Shown here piece by piece: positions 56,204 to 64,000 of a stretch of 64,000 nucleotides of DNA; position 1 is the first letter of the stretch, and every line of letters starts with the position of its first letter. Both the position numbers and the translations under genes were made by a program. Source of the DNA: an uncultured Saprospiraceae bacterium. GTDB lineage: Bacteria > Bacteroidota > Bacteroidia > Chitinophagales > Saprospiraceae. The stretch spans positions 74 through 64,073 of the forward strand of contig CAZDTI010000001.1 in assembly GCA_964508085.1 (NCBI GenBank), read 5' to 3'. The notes under the pieces were generated by a model that was not told the origin of the DNA, did not search any database, and saw nothing but the letters and a program-made list of their open reading frames with translations.

Positions 56204-56794
56204 TTGAAGAACATCCATCCCATATTTGACCGCCTACTCCAGCGCGCAGATCGTGAACAACGATTGGGACAAAAGGCAAAAGTACTTTGGTTGACTGGGC
56301 TTTCCGGTTCTGGGAAGAGCACAATCGCTCAAGCCTTGGAAAGGAAGTTTTACAATGAAGGTTTTTTCGCTCAGGTTTTAGATGGAGATAACATTAGAAG
56401 TGGAATAAATAGCAACCTTGGTTTTACGGTTGAAGATCGAAAGGAGAACATTAGAAGAATTGCGGAAATTGCAAAACTGTATTTAGACTCGGGGATTATT
56501 ACCATCAATTCTTTTATTTCTCCAACAATAGAAATACGTGATTATGCAAAGTCGATAATTGGGGCGGAAGATTTTATAGAAATTTATATTAATGCACCTT
56601 TGGAAGTTTGTGAGCGGAGAGATGTGAAAGGCTTGTATGAAAAGGCGAGGAGTGGGGAGATTAAGAATTTTACGGGTATTGACTCGCCTTATGAAGCGCC
56701 TGTGAATCCAACAATAGAAATACGTACAGATGAATTGGACGTTGAAGAAGCGGTTGAGTTGATCTACGAAAGTGTAGCTATAGAAAGAGTATGA
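56204..56794 (+). CDS. cysC: adenylyl-sulfate (APS) kinase
   Basis: TTG start. P-loop LWLTGLSGSGKSTIAQ. LDGDNIR motif. FISP motif. Confidence 0.9.
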   Translation: MKNIHPIFDRLLQRADREQRLGQKAKVLWLTGLSGSGKSTIAQALERKFYNEGFFAQVLDGDNIRSGINSNLGFTVEDRKENIRRIAEIAKLYLDSGIITINSFISPTIEIRDYAKSIIGAEDFIEIYINAPLEVCERRDVKGLYEKARSGEIKNFTGIDSPYEAPVNPTIEIRTDELDVEEAVELIYESVAIERV

Positions 56795-57693
56795 AGAATC
56801 ATTTGGATCATCTTAGAGAACTGGAGTCGGAATCTATTTTCATTTTACGGGAAGTAGCGGCACAGTTTGAGAATCCAGTATTGATGTTCTCCGGTGGAAA
56901 AGACTCCATATTAATGGTACACCTTGCGCAGAAAGCTTTTTTCCCGGCAAAGATTCCCTTTCCTTTATTGCATGTGGATACCGGACATAATTTTGCAGAA
57001 GCGATTACTTTTAGAAATGAATTGGTGGAACGACTTGGAGCAAGATTGATTGTAGGTTCGGTACAAGAAGCGATTGATAAAGGAATTGTTACGGAAGAAA
57101 AAGGATTCAACGCTTCTCGGAATGCTTTGCAGACAACAGTGTTGTTAGAGGAATTAGAGAAAGGGAAATTTGATGCAGCCTTAGGTGGCGCAAGAAGGGA
57201 TGAGGAGAAAGCTAGGGCTAAGGAAAGGTTCTTTTCACACCGTGATGAATTCGGACAGTGGGATCCGAAGAACCAGCGACCTGAATTGTGGAATCTCTTT
57301 AATGGGAAAAAACATATCGGGGAACACTTTCGGGTTTTTCCTATTAGTAATTGGACGGAATTGGATGTCTGGCAATATTTGGCATTGGAGAAAGTGGCGT
57401 TGCCTAGTTTGTATTTTGCACATAAAAGAAAGGTCTTTGAACGTGACGGCATATTGTTAGCAGACTCTGAAATTATTCAAAAGAAAGCTGACGAAGAAGT
57501 GAAAGAAATGATGGTGCGTTGTCGGACAATGGGAGATATTACTTGCACTGGGGTTTGGAGATCGGAGGCTGACACGTTGGAAAAAGTGATAGAAGAAGTT
57601 GCTACAACACGGATGACAGAGCGCGGTGGTCGGTCAGATGATAAAAGATCAGAAACAAGTATGGAGGATCGGAAAAAACTTGGATATTTCTAG
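56791..57693 (+). CDS. cysD: sulfate adenylyltransferase subunit 2
   Basis: PAPS-reductase-fold SGGKDS motif (FSGGKDSILMVHL). ...FPISNWTELDVWQY... 4-bp overlap with cysC. Confidence 0.95.
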   Translation: MKNHLDHLRELESESIFILREVAAQFENPVLMFSGGKDSILMVHLAQKAFFPAKIPFPLLHVDTGHNFAEAITFRNELVERLGARLIVGSVQEAIDKGIVTEEKGFNASRNALQTTVLLEELEKGKFDAALGGARRDEEKARAKERFFSHRDEFGQWDPKNQRPELWNLFNGKKHIGEHFRVFPISNWTELDVWQYLALEKVALPSLYFAHKRKVFERDGILLADSEIIQKKADEEVKEMMVRCRTMGDITCTGVWRSEADTLEKVIEEVATTRMTERGGRSDDKRSETSMEDRKKLGYF

Positions 57694-57694
57694 C

Positions 57695-58948
57695 ATGAAT
57701 AATTCGGAACTACTTCGATTTACCACTGCAGGTTCCGTTGACGACGGGAAATCCACACTAATTGGTCGGTTACTGTATGATAGTAAGTCCATCTTCCAAG
57801 ACCAAATGGAAGCAATTGAAGCAACTAGTTTGAAAAGAGGAGAAGAGTCGGTGAATTTGGCATTGTTAACTGACGGCCTAAAATCCGAGCGCGAACAAGG
57901 TATTACCATAGACGTTGCCTACCGCTATTTCGCAACACCAAAGCGAAAATTCATTATCGCGGATACTCCAGGGCACATTCAATATACTCGGAACATGGTT
58001 ACCGGAGCTTCTACAGCAAATGTAGCCTTAGTGTTAATAGATGCACGTAAGGGTATTGTTGAGCAAACGAAGCGGCATGCAATTATCGCCTCGCTTTTGC
58101 AAATTCCACACCTTGTAGTTTGTATCAATAAAATGGATTTGGTAGACTATTCCGAAGCCATTTATGAAAATATAAAAGAGGCCTTTGAAGGCTTTGCTTC
58201 CAAGTTAGAAATCAAGGATGTACACTTTATTCCGATGTCCGCTTTGAAGGGAGATAATGTGGTCAGTCGTTCCGAAAATATGGCGTGGTATGGTGGTTCG
58301 ACCTTGATGTATTATTTGGAAAATGTTCACATTGGGTCGGATTATAACCTTATTGATTGTCGTTTTCCAGTGCAATATGTGATCCGACCTTACAATGAAG
58401 AGTACCATGATTACCGAGGGTATGCTGGCCGATTGGCGGGAGGAATTTTCAAAAAAGGAGACAAAGTAATGGTATTGCCTTCGGGGTTTACCAGTACCAT
58501 AAAAAAGATAGATACCTTTGATGGAGAGCTGGAAAAAGCACATCCGCCAATGTCTGTAACATTATTGTTGGAAGATGAGATTGATATTAGCAGGGGAGAT
58601 ATGATTGTGCGTGAAAACAATAGTCCTACGACGACTCAGGATTTGGAAATTATGCTTTGTTGGTTTGATGATAAGAAGCCGTTGCAGCTGAGAGGAAAAT
58701 ATACGATTCAGCATACGAGCCAGTCTGTGCGATGTATTGTGAAGGAGGTTCGGTATAAGTTGGATATTAATACGTTGCATCGAGATCAGGAAGATGATAC
58801 CATTAACGTGAACGATATAGGACGGGTTGTTTTGCGTACGACTAAGCCCCTTTTTGTGGATGCTTATCGGAGGAACAGGACGACGGGGTCGGTAATATTA
58901 GTGGATGAGGGGACGAATAATACGGTGGGGGCGGGGATGGTGATATGA
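57695..58948 (+). CDS. cysN: sulfate adenylyltransferase subunit 1 (GTPase)
   Basis: Start at ATG 57695 (MNNSELLRFTTAGSVDDGKSTLIGRLL). GTPase motifs G1 GSVDDGKST, G3 DTPGH, G4 NKMD. No fused APS kinase domain. Confidence 0.95.
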   Translation: MNNSELLRFTTAGSVDDGKSTLIGRLLYDSKSIFQDQMEAIEATSLKRGEESVNLALLTDGLKSEREQGITIDVAYRYFATPKRKFIIADTPGHIQYTRNMVTGASTANVALVLIDARKGIVEQTKRHAIIASLLQIPHLVVCINKMDLVDYSEAIYENIKEAFEGFASKLEIKDVHFIPMSALKGDNVVSRSENMAWYGGSTLMYYLENVHIGSDYNLIDCRFPVQYVIRPYNEEYHDYRGYAGRLAGGIFKKGDKVMVLPSGFTSTIKKIDTFDGELEKAHPPMSVTLLLEDEIDISRGDMIVRENNSPTTTQDLEIMLCWFDDKKPLQLRGKYTIQHTSQSVRCIVKEVRYKLDINTLHRDQEDDTINVNDIGRVVLRTTKPLFVDAYRRNRTTGSVILVDEGTNNTVGAGMVI

Positions 58949-59274
58949 GTCAACTGTTAGCTTCCCACTATCGCGTATTTGATAACGTGCAAATTTAGCT
59001 ACCTTATTTTCTGAGAATGATCTCTTGCAGAATCGTAGTTTTTGCGTTCTGGGAAACTAACAACCAATAACCTCGGCTATTCAGGCACAAAAATAGAATT
59101 GCTGTTATTTTTGCATATTAGTTCAAAAATTATTGATATGACCTATGTACCAGAGAAAAACCCGGCCGTTCCAGACCATCCAACAAATCATTGAAGAAGC
59201 AGAGGCAGACTTACCCAAAGAATAATTTCTCCTTTACAGCAACACATCACATCAAAAACAACATCATAACATAC

Positions 59275-62200
59275 ATGAAATTATTTACAAGTATTTTTGT
59301 AATAGCGATACTGCTATTTACAACAGTACAGTTACAGGCACAGGTTTCTCCTGCACAGGAAGCCATGATTCAGGCGGAGCTTCAGAAGCGAGGGTTGAAG
59401 GAGGAAGAAGTTCGAGTGAAGTTCGAAGAGCGAGGAATTGACATTGACAACATGTCGCCAGAGGAAGCCCTTGGTTTACAAAGCGTATTTGAGGAAATCG
59501 AAAAAGAAATTAAAGCAGGGACAGGTGCTGGACCAGTAACGGATACGAATAAAGTGACTGATGAAAAAGCCGTGTTGGAGAAGGTTGATAACGCTTTGGA
59601 CAAATTAGACGGAGTGGCGGATGAAACAACAATAGAGGCGGTAGAAGAAGCCGTAAAGGCGGAGGCCAAGGGCACAGGAATCGCAACTGCTGACGATGTT
59701 ATTGCTGAAAAGTTAGCAGAAGAAACAATCTCTGATTTACCGCCAACAACCATTTATGGGCAACAGCTTTTTAGAGATAAAACACTGGCCGTTTTTAGCC
59801 GATCTAACGAAATCATTCCTGGAGATGCTTATATCCTAGGGCCTGGTGATGATATTGCTATTTCTATTTTTGGCGTTTCTCAATTTGAAGGAGCATACAC
59901 GATTAAAGCTGGGGGATTTATACAACCTGACGGAATGTCGCGCATAAATTTAAAAGGGATTTCTTTAGGGAAAGCCAGAGAATTGTTACGCAGGCGTTTT
60001 GGACAGTTCTACCGCTTTAACTCCGGTGAAATAGCAATAACTGTTTCGAAAACCAGAGACATTACGGTTAATATTTATGGTGAAGTGTATAACCCCGGAA
60101 GTTATAACATTAGAGCTACAAATACGGCTTTTAATGCATTAGTCGCATCTGGGGGTCCTACGGATATTGGTTCTGTCCGTAGTATTCGATTGTTTAGGGG
60201 AGGGGAGAAACCGGTTTATATTGATGTGTATGAATACATGATGAATCCTGTTGCGAAAGCGAAGTATGCCTTACAAGATAATGACATCATACAAATAGAT
60301 GAAGTAGAAAAAGTGGTAAGTATAAGAGGTGCAGTAAAACGACCATTTAAGTATGAGCTATTAGATAGCGAGAATTTAATTAAACTAATAGATTATGCTG
60401 GAGGTTTTCAAAAGAACGCTTATTTGAATGCTATTCAATTAAAGCGATTTGAAAATAATGAAGAAAAACTAATAGATGTCGATTTGAAGAAATTACGATC
60501 TGGTAATTCTGATTTTAAATTATTGGATGGGGATGAAATTGTAGTGCGTACCATTGCAAGACCGATTGAAAATTATGTAGAGATAGTAGGGGCTGTTGAT
60601 TTTCCATCTAAGTATGAATATAGAAAAGGGGATAAGGTTTCGGACTTACTAACAAAAGGAATCCTTAAAGATGATGCGCGTAAAGATATTGCATACCTTA
60701 TTAGGATAAGAGAAGACAAGACTGTGAAATATGAGAAGATCAATATTGCTGAAATATTGGCTAATTCCTTGGCAGTTGAAAACATCTTGTTGCAACCATT
60801 TGACCAGATTACGATATTGTCTACAACAACTTATATTGATATCAATAACTTTAGTATTGGCGGGGCAGTGAGAAATCCACGTACAGTACAGTTTGATCCT
60901 GAGGAGTCGGTGAAGGTTGAGGACGCAGTATTATTGGCAGGTGGGCTAAAGGTAGATGCTCAAGAGGATGCTTATATTGTAAGAACGAATACCGCAAATA
61001 CAAAGGATAAGGAATACATCAAATTTAATATACGTAATGCCATGTTGAATCCTGCTTCGGATGACAACATTATATTGAAGCCCTTAGATAAAATTACGGT
61101 TTACTCGGTAGAGGGGTTCACGGATGCAGCTACCGTTTCTATTGATGGCTCAGTTCGACAACCAGGGGAATATGCTTATGACGATGGCTTACGGGTATCT
61201 GACCTTATTTATTTTTCCAGTGGTTTAACCTTATCGGCTACTGATTTTGCGATTATTCATCGGCGCGATTTGGACAATGAAAAAAAGAAGGGATACCTCA
61301 GAATAAATGTTAGAGAAGCAATGGAGAACCCTGCTTCTGAAAGCAATGTGTTGCTTCAACCAAATGATAGAATTCAGATATTTAGAAAAGAAAGCTATAC
61401 CGATGAATCTACAGTTTTGGTGCAAGGAGCTGTTCGTCAACAAGGTGAAATTACTTATGATGAAACCCTTACTTTACGAGATGCTTTAACTCTGGCAGGT
61501 GGACTAAAACCTGAAGCAGCTTCTGACAGAATAGAAATTTTTAGAGTTGTTTTCCAGAATAACCAACCGACCAAAACGACCGTGGCGGTTTTATCAATAG
61601 ACGAGAATGCTGAAGTGGAAGGAGATGATATTCAATTACAACCTTTTGATCAGGTAGTGGTTCGGACGGTTCCGGACTTCGAGATGCAGCAGATGGTGAC
61701 GGTGAAAGGGGAGGTTAAATTTCCGGGGGCCTATGCTTTGTTGGATAAGAATGAGCGCTTGTCTAGTGTGATAGCGCGCTCGGGAGGGGTTACCAAAGAA
61801 GGGTTTCCGGAGGGGACTATTTTGATACGTTCTTCGGAAGAGGGAAATATCATTACAAAATTGGATGAGGTATTGAAAAGCCCGAATAGTAATACTAATT
61901 ATATTTTGAAATCTGGAGATATAATAGATATTCCGAAGCGGAAGGACTTGGTGGGAATAAAGACGGGGAATACTAAAGCCGCTGAATTGTACCCAGATAG
62001 AGTTTTGGCTAGTGGGCAGATAAATGTACCTTATCATAAGGGTAAGCGGGCTCGGTATTATGTGAATGAGTATGCTGTTGGGATTGGGGAGAATGGACAA
62101 CGTTCGAGAATAACGGTAGAGCATCCAAATGGAGAATTTAAAAGAACAAAGCGATTTTTGTTTTTTACGATTAGCCCTAAGGTGAAGGAAGGGTCTATTG

Positions 62201-62355
62201 TTACCGTGGGAGCCAAGGCGGTCAAGCCTAAGAAGGAACGAGAAGAAAAGGAAGGGAGGAAGAGTGAAACGGATTGGGAGAAGATAGTAGGGACAACGGT
62301 GGCGCAGGTGACGGGGATACTGTCTTTGGTTTTGTTGTTGCAGCAGATAAATTAA
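59275..62355 (+). CDS. Wza-like polysaccharide export protein with multiple SLBB domains
   Basis: Start at ATG 59275 (MKLFTSIFVIAILLF). Poly_export-like YILGPGDDIAISIFG. About 6 repeats of GAV..PG.Y......L.D.I..AGG. C-terminal TM segment. Confidence 0.8.
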   Translation: MKLFTSIFVIAILLFTTVQLQAQVSPAQEAMIQAELQKRGLKEEEVRVKFEERGIDIDNMSPEEALGLQSVFEEIEKEIKAGTGAGPVTDTNKVTDEKAVLEKVDNALDKLDGVADETTIEAVEEAVKAEAKGTGIATADDVIAEKLAEETISDLPPTTIYGQQLFRDKTLAVFSRSNEIIPGDAYILGPGDDIAISIFGVSQFEGAYTIKAGGFIQPDGMSRINLKGISLGKARELLRRRFGQFYRFNSGEIAITVSKTRDITVNIYGEVYNPGSYNIRATNTAFNALVASGGPTDIGSVRSIRLFRGGEKPVYIDVYEYMMNPVAKAKYALQDNDIIQIDEVEKVVSIRGAVKRPFKYELLDSENLIKLIDYAGGFQKNAYLNAIQLKRFENNEEKLIDVDLKKLRSGNSDFKLLDGDEIVVRTIARPIENYVEIVGAVDFPSKYEYRKGDKVSDLLTKGILKDDARKDIAYLIRIREDKTVKYEKINIAEILANSLAVENILLQPFDQITILSTTTYIDINNFSIGGAVRNPRTVQFDPEESVKVEDAVLLAGGLKVDAQEDAYIVRTNTANTKDKEYIKFNIRNAMLNPASDDNIILKPLDKITVYSVEGFTDAATVSIDGSVRQPGEYAYDDGLRVSDLIYFSSGLTLSATDFAIIHRRDLDNEKKKGYLRINVREAMENPASESNVLLQPNDRIQIFRKESYTDESTVLVQGAVRQQGEITYDETLTLRDALTLAGGLKPEAASDRIEIFRVVFQNNQPTKTTVAVLSIDENAEVEGDDIQLQPFDQVVVRTVPDFEMQQMVTVKGEVKFPGAYALLDKNERLSSVIARSGGVTKEGFPEGTILIRSSEEGNIITKLDEVLKSPNSNTNYILKSGDIIDIPKRKDLVGIKTGNTKAAELYPDRVLASGQINVPYHKGKRARYYVNEYAVGIGENGQRSRITVEHPNGEFKRTKRFLFFTISPKVKEGSIVTVGAKAVKPKKEREEKEGRKSETDWEKIVGTTVAQVTGILSLVLLLQQIN

Positions 62356-62396
62356 TTCCTAAATCCATTAGTATTATTTGGAATACGTTAGATCAA

Positions 62397-63485
62397 ATGA
62401 CCGAAAAAAATACAATGATTGAACCAAGTGATGAACTCTCTTTAAAGGAGATTATTTTAAAAGGACAGGAGTATTTTAAAGAGGTTCTTCGCAATTGGAA
62501 GTTAATCAGTTTAGTCTCCGCTTTTTTTGTTTGCTACATGCTATACAAAGCATTTGTAGCAAAGCCAACATACCGAGGGACGCTAACATTCATGGTAAAC
62601 GAAGATGAAGGAGGAGGGGGAGGAGGTGTAGGAGCAATTTTGGGTAGTATTGGCTTAGGAGGAGCTTTAGGGGGAGGGGAATTTAACTTAGATAAGGTAC
62701 TAGCATTAGGGAAGTCCAGAAGAATAATACAAGAAGTATTATTTGAGAAGCGCACGATTAATGGTAAAGAGGATTATCTGGCTAACCATCTAATGCAAGT
62801 TTATAACTTACAAGAAAAATGGGGGGAAAATAGTCCTGAGCTTATTGACTTTGTTTTCAAGTCAGGAAATTTAGAAGATTTTGACTTAAAGGGAAGAAGG
62901 GTATTTAATATATTATATATACAAATTGTAGGATCAAAAAGATCGGTAGGTTTACTGACAAGTCAATATAGTAAAGAATCTGGTATCATGAGTATATCCG
63001 CTAATTCACAATCACAGGATTTGTCAATCGCTCTTACAGAAGTTACTTATGATAAATTGAGTACCTTTTATACTACGAAAACAGTTGAAAAACAGCAGAA
63101 AACATTTGACCTTATCAGTACAAAAGTAGACTCTGTAAAAAACCTCTTAAATAGTAAAGAACTTGCATTGGTTAACTTTATAGACTCTAGTAAAGGTTTT
63201 TACACGATGAAAGCCAAATTGAGAGAAGCCCAGCTGACGAGGGATGTAAAACTCCTTAATGAAGTTTACGCCAAAGCATTAGAAAATTTAGAAGTTGCGG
63301 ATTTTTCCCTAAAAAGTAAAACCCCTTTTGTTCAATTAATAGATGCTCCTTTTGCTCCGCTTCGTTCCAATTCTCCTTCCAAATTAATGGCCGTTATACT
63401 TGGTATTCTGCTTGGTAGTTTTCTAAGTATAGGATTTATTATTGTGCGGAAAATATATAGAGAAGTAATGGATGAAGAAAATTGA
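62397..63485 (+). CDS. Wzz-type chain-length determinant protein (no kinase domain)
   Basis: Start at ATG 62397. N-terminal TM (LISLVSAFFVCYMLY). Coiled-coil periplasmic region. C-terminal TM plus Pro-rich motif (APFAPLRSNSPSKLMAVILGILLG). Confidence 0.7.
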   Translation: MTEKNTMIEPSDELSLKEIILKGQEYFKEVLRNWKLISLVSAFFVCYMLYKAFVAKPTYRGTLTFMVNEDEGGGGGGVGAILGSIGLGGALGGGEFNLDKVLALGKSRRIIQEVLFEKRTINGKEDYLANHLMQVYNLQEKWGENSPELIDFVFKSGNLEDFDLKGRRVFNILYIQIVGSKRSVGLLTSQYSKESGIMSISANSQSQDLSIALTEVTYDKLSTFYTTKTVEKQQKTFDLISTKVDSVKNLLNSKELALVNFIDSSKGFYTMKAKLREAQLTRDVKLLNEVYAKALENLEVADFSLKSKTPFVQLIDAPFAPLRSNSPSKLMAVILGILLGSFLSIGFIIVRKIYREVMDEEN

Positions 63486-63652
63486 TAATAATTACACCCT
63501 GTATTTAATAGCTCAATACTTTAAAGTGAAACAAGCCGCCCTTCCTTCCGTTTCAAGTTTTTTATTCACACCAGACCCGAATACAATTAAAAGACCACAA
63601 AATCCTGATAATCAGGGGTGTACTTGTATAAAGGTCCAAAAAAATTAACATT

Positions 63653-64000
63653 ATGGAATCTACCTTAACTTCTTCAAAAAAACAAGCTAGTATGTACAAG
63701 GAAGTACAAAAAGTCGCTGTTATCGGACTTGGCTATGTCGGTTTGCCCCTAGCAGTAGAACTTGGTAAAAAATATCCAACGGTAGGTTTTGACATCAATC
63801 AGCAAAGAGTTAACGAACTTAATGCTGGTACAGACAAAACCCTGGAGGTGTCCGATGATTATTTGAGCGCCGTAGTCTCTAAAGAAAATTCGAACACTGA
63901 TCTTGGTCTTTTTGTAACAACAGATTTACAAGAACTTTCCAATTGCAATATGTTTATTGTAACGGTTCCTACCCCCACGGATAAAAACAATCGCCCCGTT
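63653..64000 (+). CDS. nucleotide-sugar dehydrogenase, N-terminal part (runs off the window)
   Basis: MESTLTSS...VAVIGLGYVGLPLAVELGKKYPTVGFDIN. Paralogous to the 51824-53176 gene. Confidence 0.8.
   Translation, partial: MESTLTSSKKQASMYKEVQKVAVIGLGYVGLPLAVELGKKYPTVGFDINQQRVNELNAGTDKTLEVSDDYLSAVVSKENSNTDLGLFVTTDLQELSNCNMFIVTVPTPTDKNNRPV

Noticed and set aside
56808-57452. 214-aa antisense ORF inside cysD, and the similar 162-aa ORF at 61636-62124 inside the wza-like gene
   Set aside because: They lie opposite well-supported genes. Their Ser/Cys/Asn-rich composition has no domain pattern.
57626-57694. Upstream extension of cysN overlapping cysD (ORF-track start 57626); likewise the extensions of wza (59191), wzz (62274), the adhesin (5216), the 8696 ORF and the DksA-like gene (12530)
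   Set aside because: In each case an internal ATG gives the family-typical N-terminus or signal peptide (for example MNNSELLRFTTAGSVDDGKST) and removes the overlap with the preceding gene or repeat.
1-64000. Prophage, ICE or transposon explanation for the plasmid-like module
   Set aside because: No integrase, transposase, relaxase, T4SS, phage structural gene or tRNA attachment site was seen in any frame. Integration therefore cannot be supported from this window.

Overview
AT-rich Bacteroidota-type DNA, identified from three T9SS C-terminal sorting domains, a UpxY/NusG-like antiterminator and a TonB-dependent receptor with a CarboxypepD_reg-like N-terminus. Layout: (i) 1-13.8 kb holds accessory genes: small hypotheticals, a GyrI-like protein, a TPR lipoprotein with an apparent frameshift, an 846-aa vWA protein, a 1143-aa T9SS type-B adhesin, a 621-aa unknown protein, a CotH-family T9SS cargo, a DksA-like protein and an LMW phosphatase. 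(ii) 13.8-23.2 kb is a plasmid-type maintenance module. It has a 2.2-kb gene-free tract studded with 8-bp-phased TACAGCAA repeat clusters, a ribbon-helix-helix (RHH) + ParA partition pair, an OM beta-barrel gene, a Rep_3-like initiator, and about 15 tandem ~20-bp iterons followed by an A-rich tract. (iii) 23.2-26.9 kb is metH. (iv) 27.0-51.8 kb is a non-ribosomal peptide cluster. It encodes a TonB receptor, an acyl-CoA-dehydrogenase-like enzyme, a stand-alone A domain, a carrier protein, NRPS C-A-T, a GT1 glycosyltransferase, a sulfotransferase, an ornithine-cyclodeaminase homologue, an ABC exporter, a HupE/UreJ-type permease, NRPS C-A-T-E, and an A-less C-T-TE whose thioesterase nucleophile position reads Cys. 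(v) 51.8-64 kb is a polysaccharide locus: sugar dehydrogenase, GT2, wHTH regulator, UpxY, cysC-cysD-cysN, a Wza-like exporter, Wzz, and a second sugar dehydrogenase. I saw no rRNA, tRNA, CRISPR array, transposase or integrase. The most notable items are the dispersed repeat array around the par operon, the iteron replicon next to housekeeping genes, and the unusual NRPS termination module. All functional calls come from motif recognition by eye and no database search was run.
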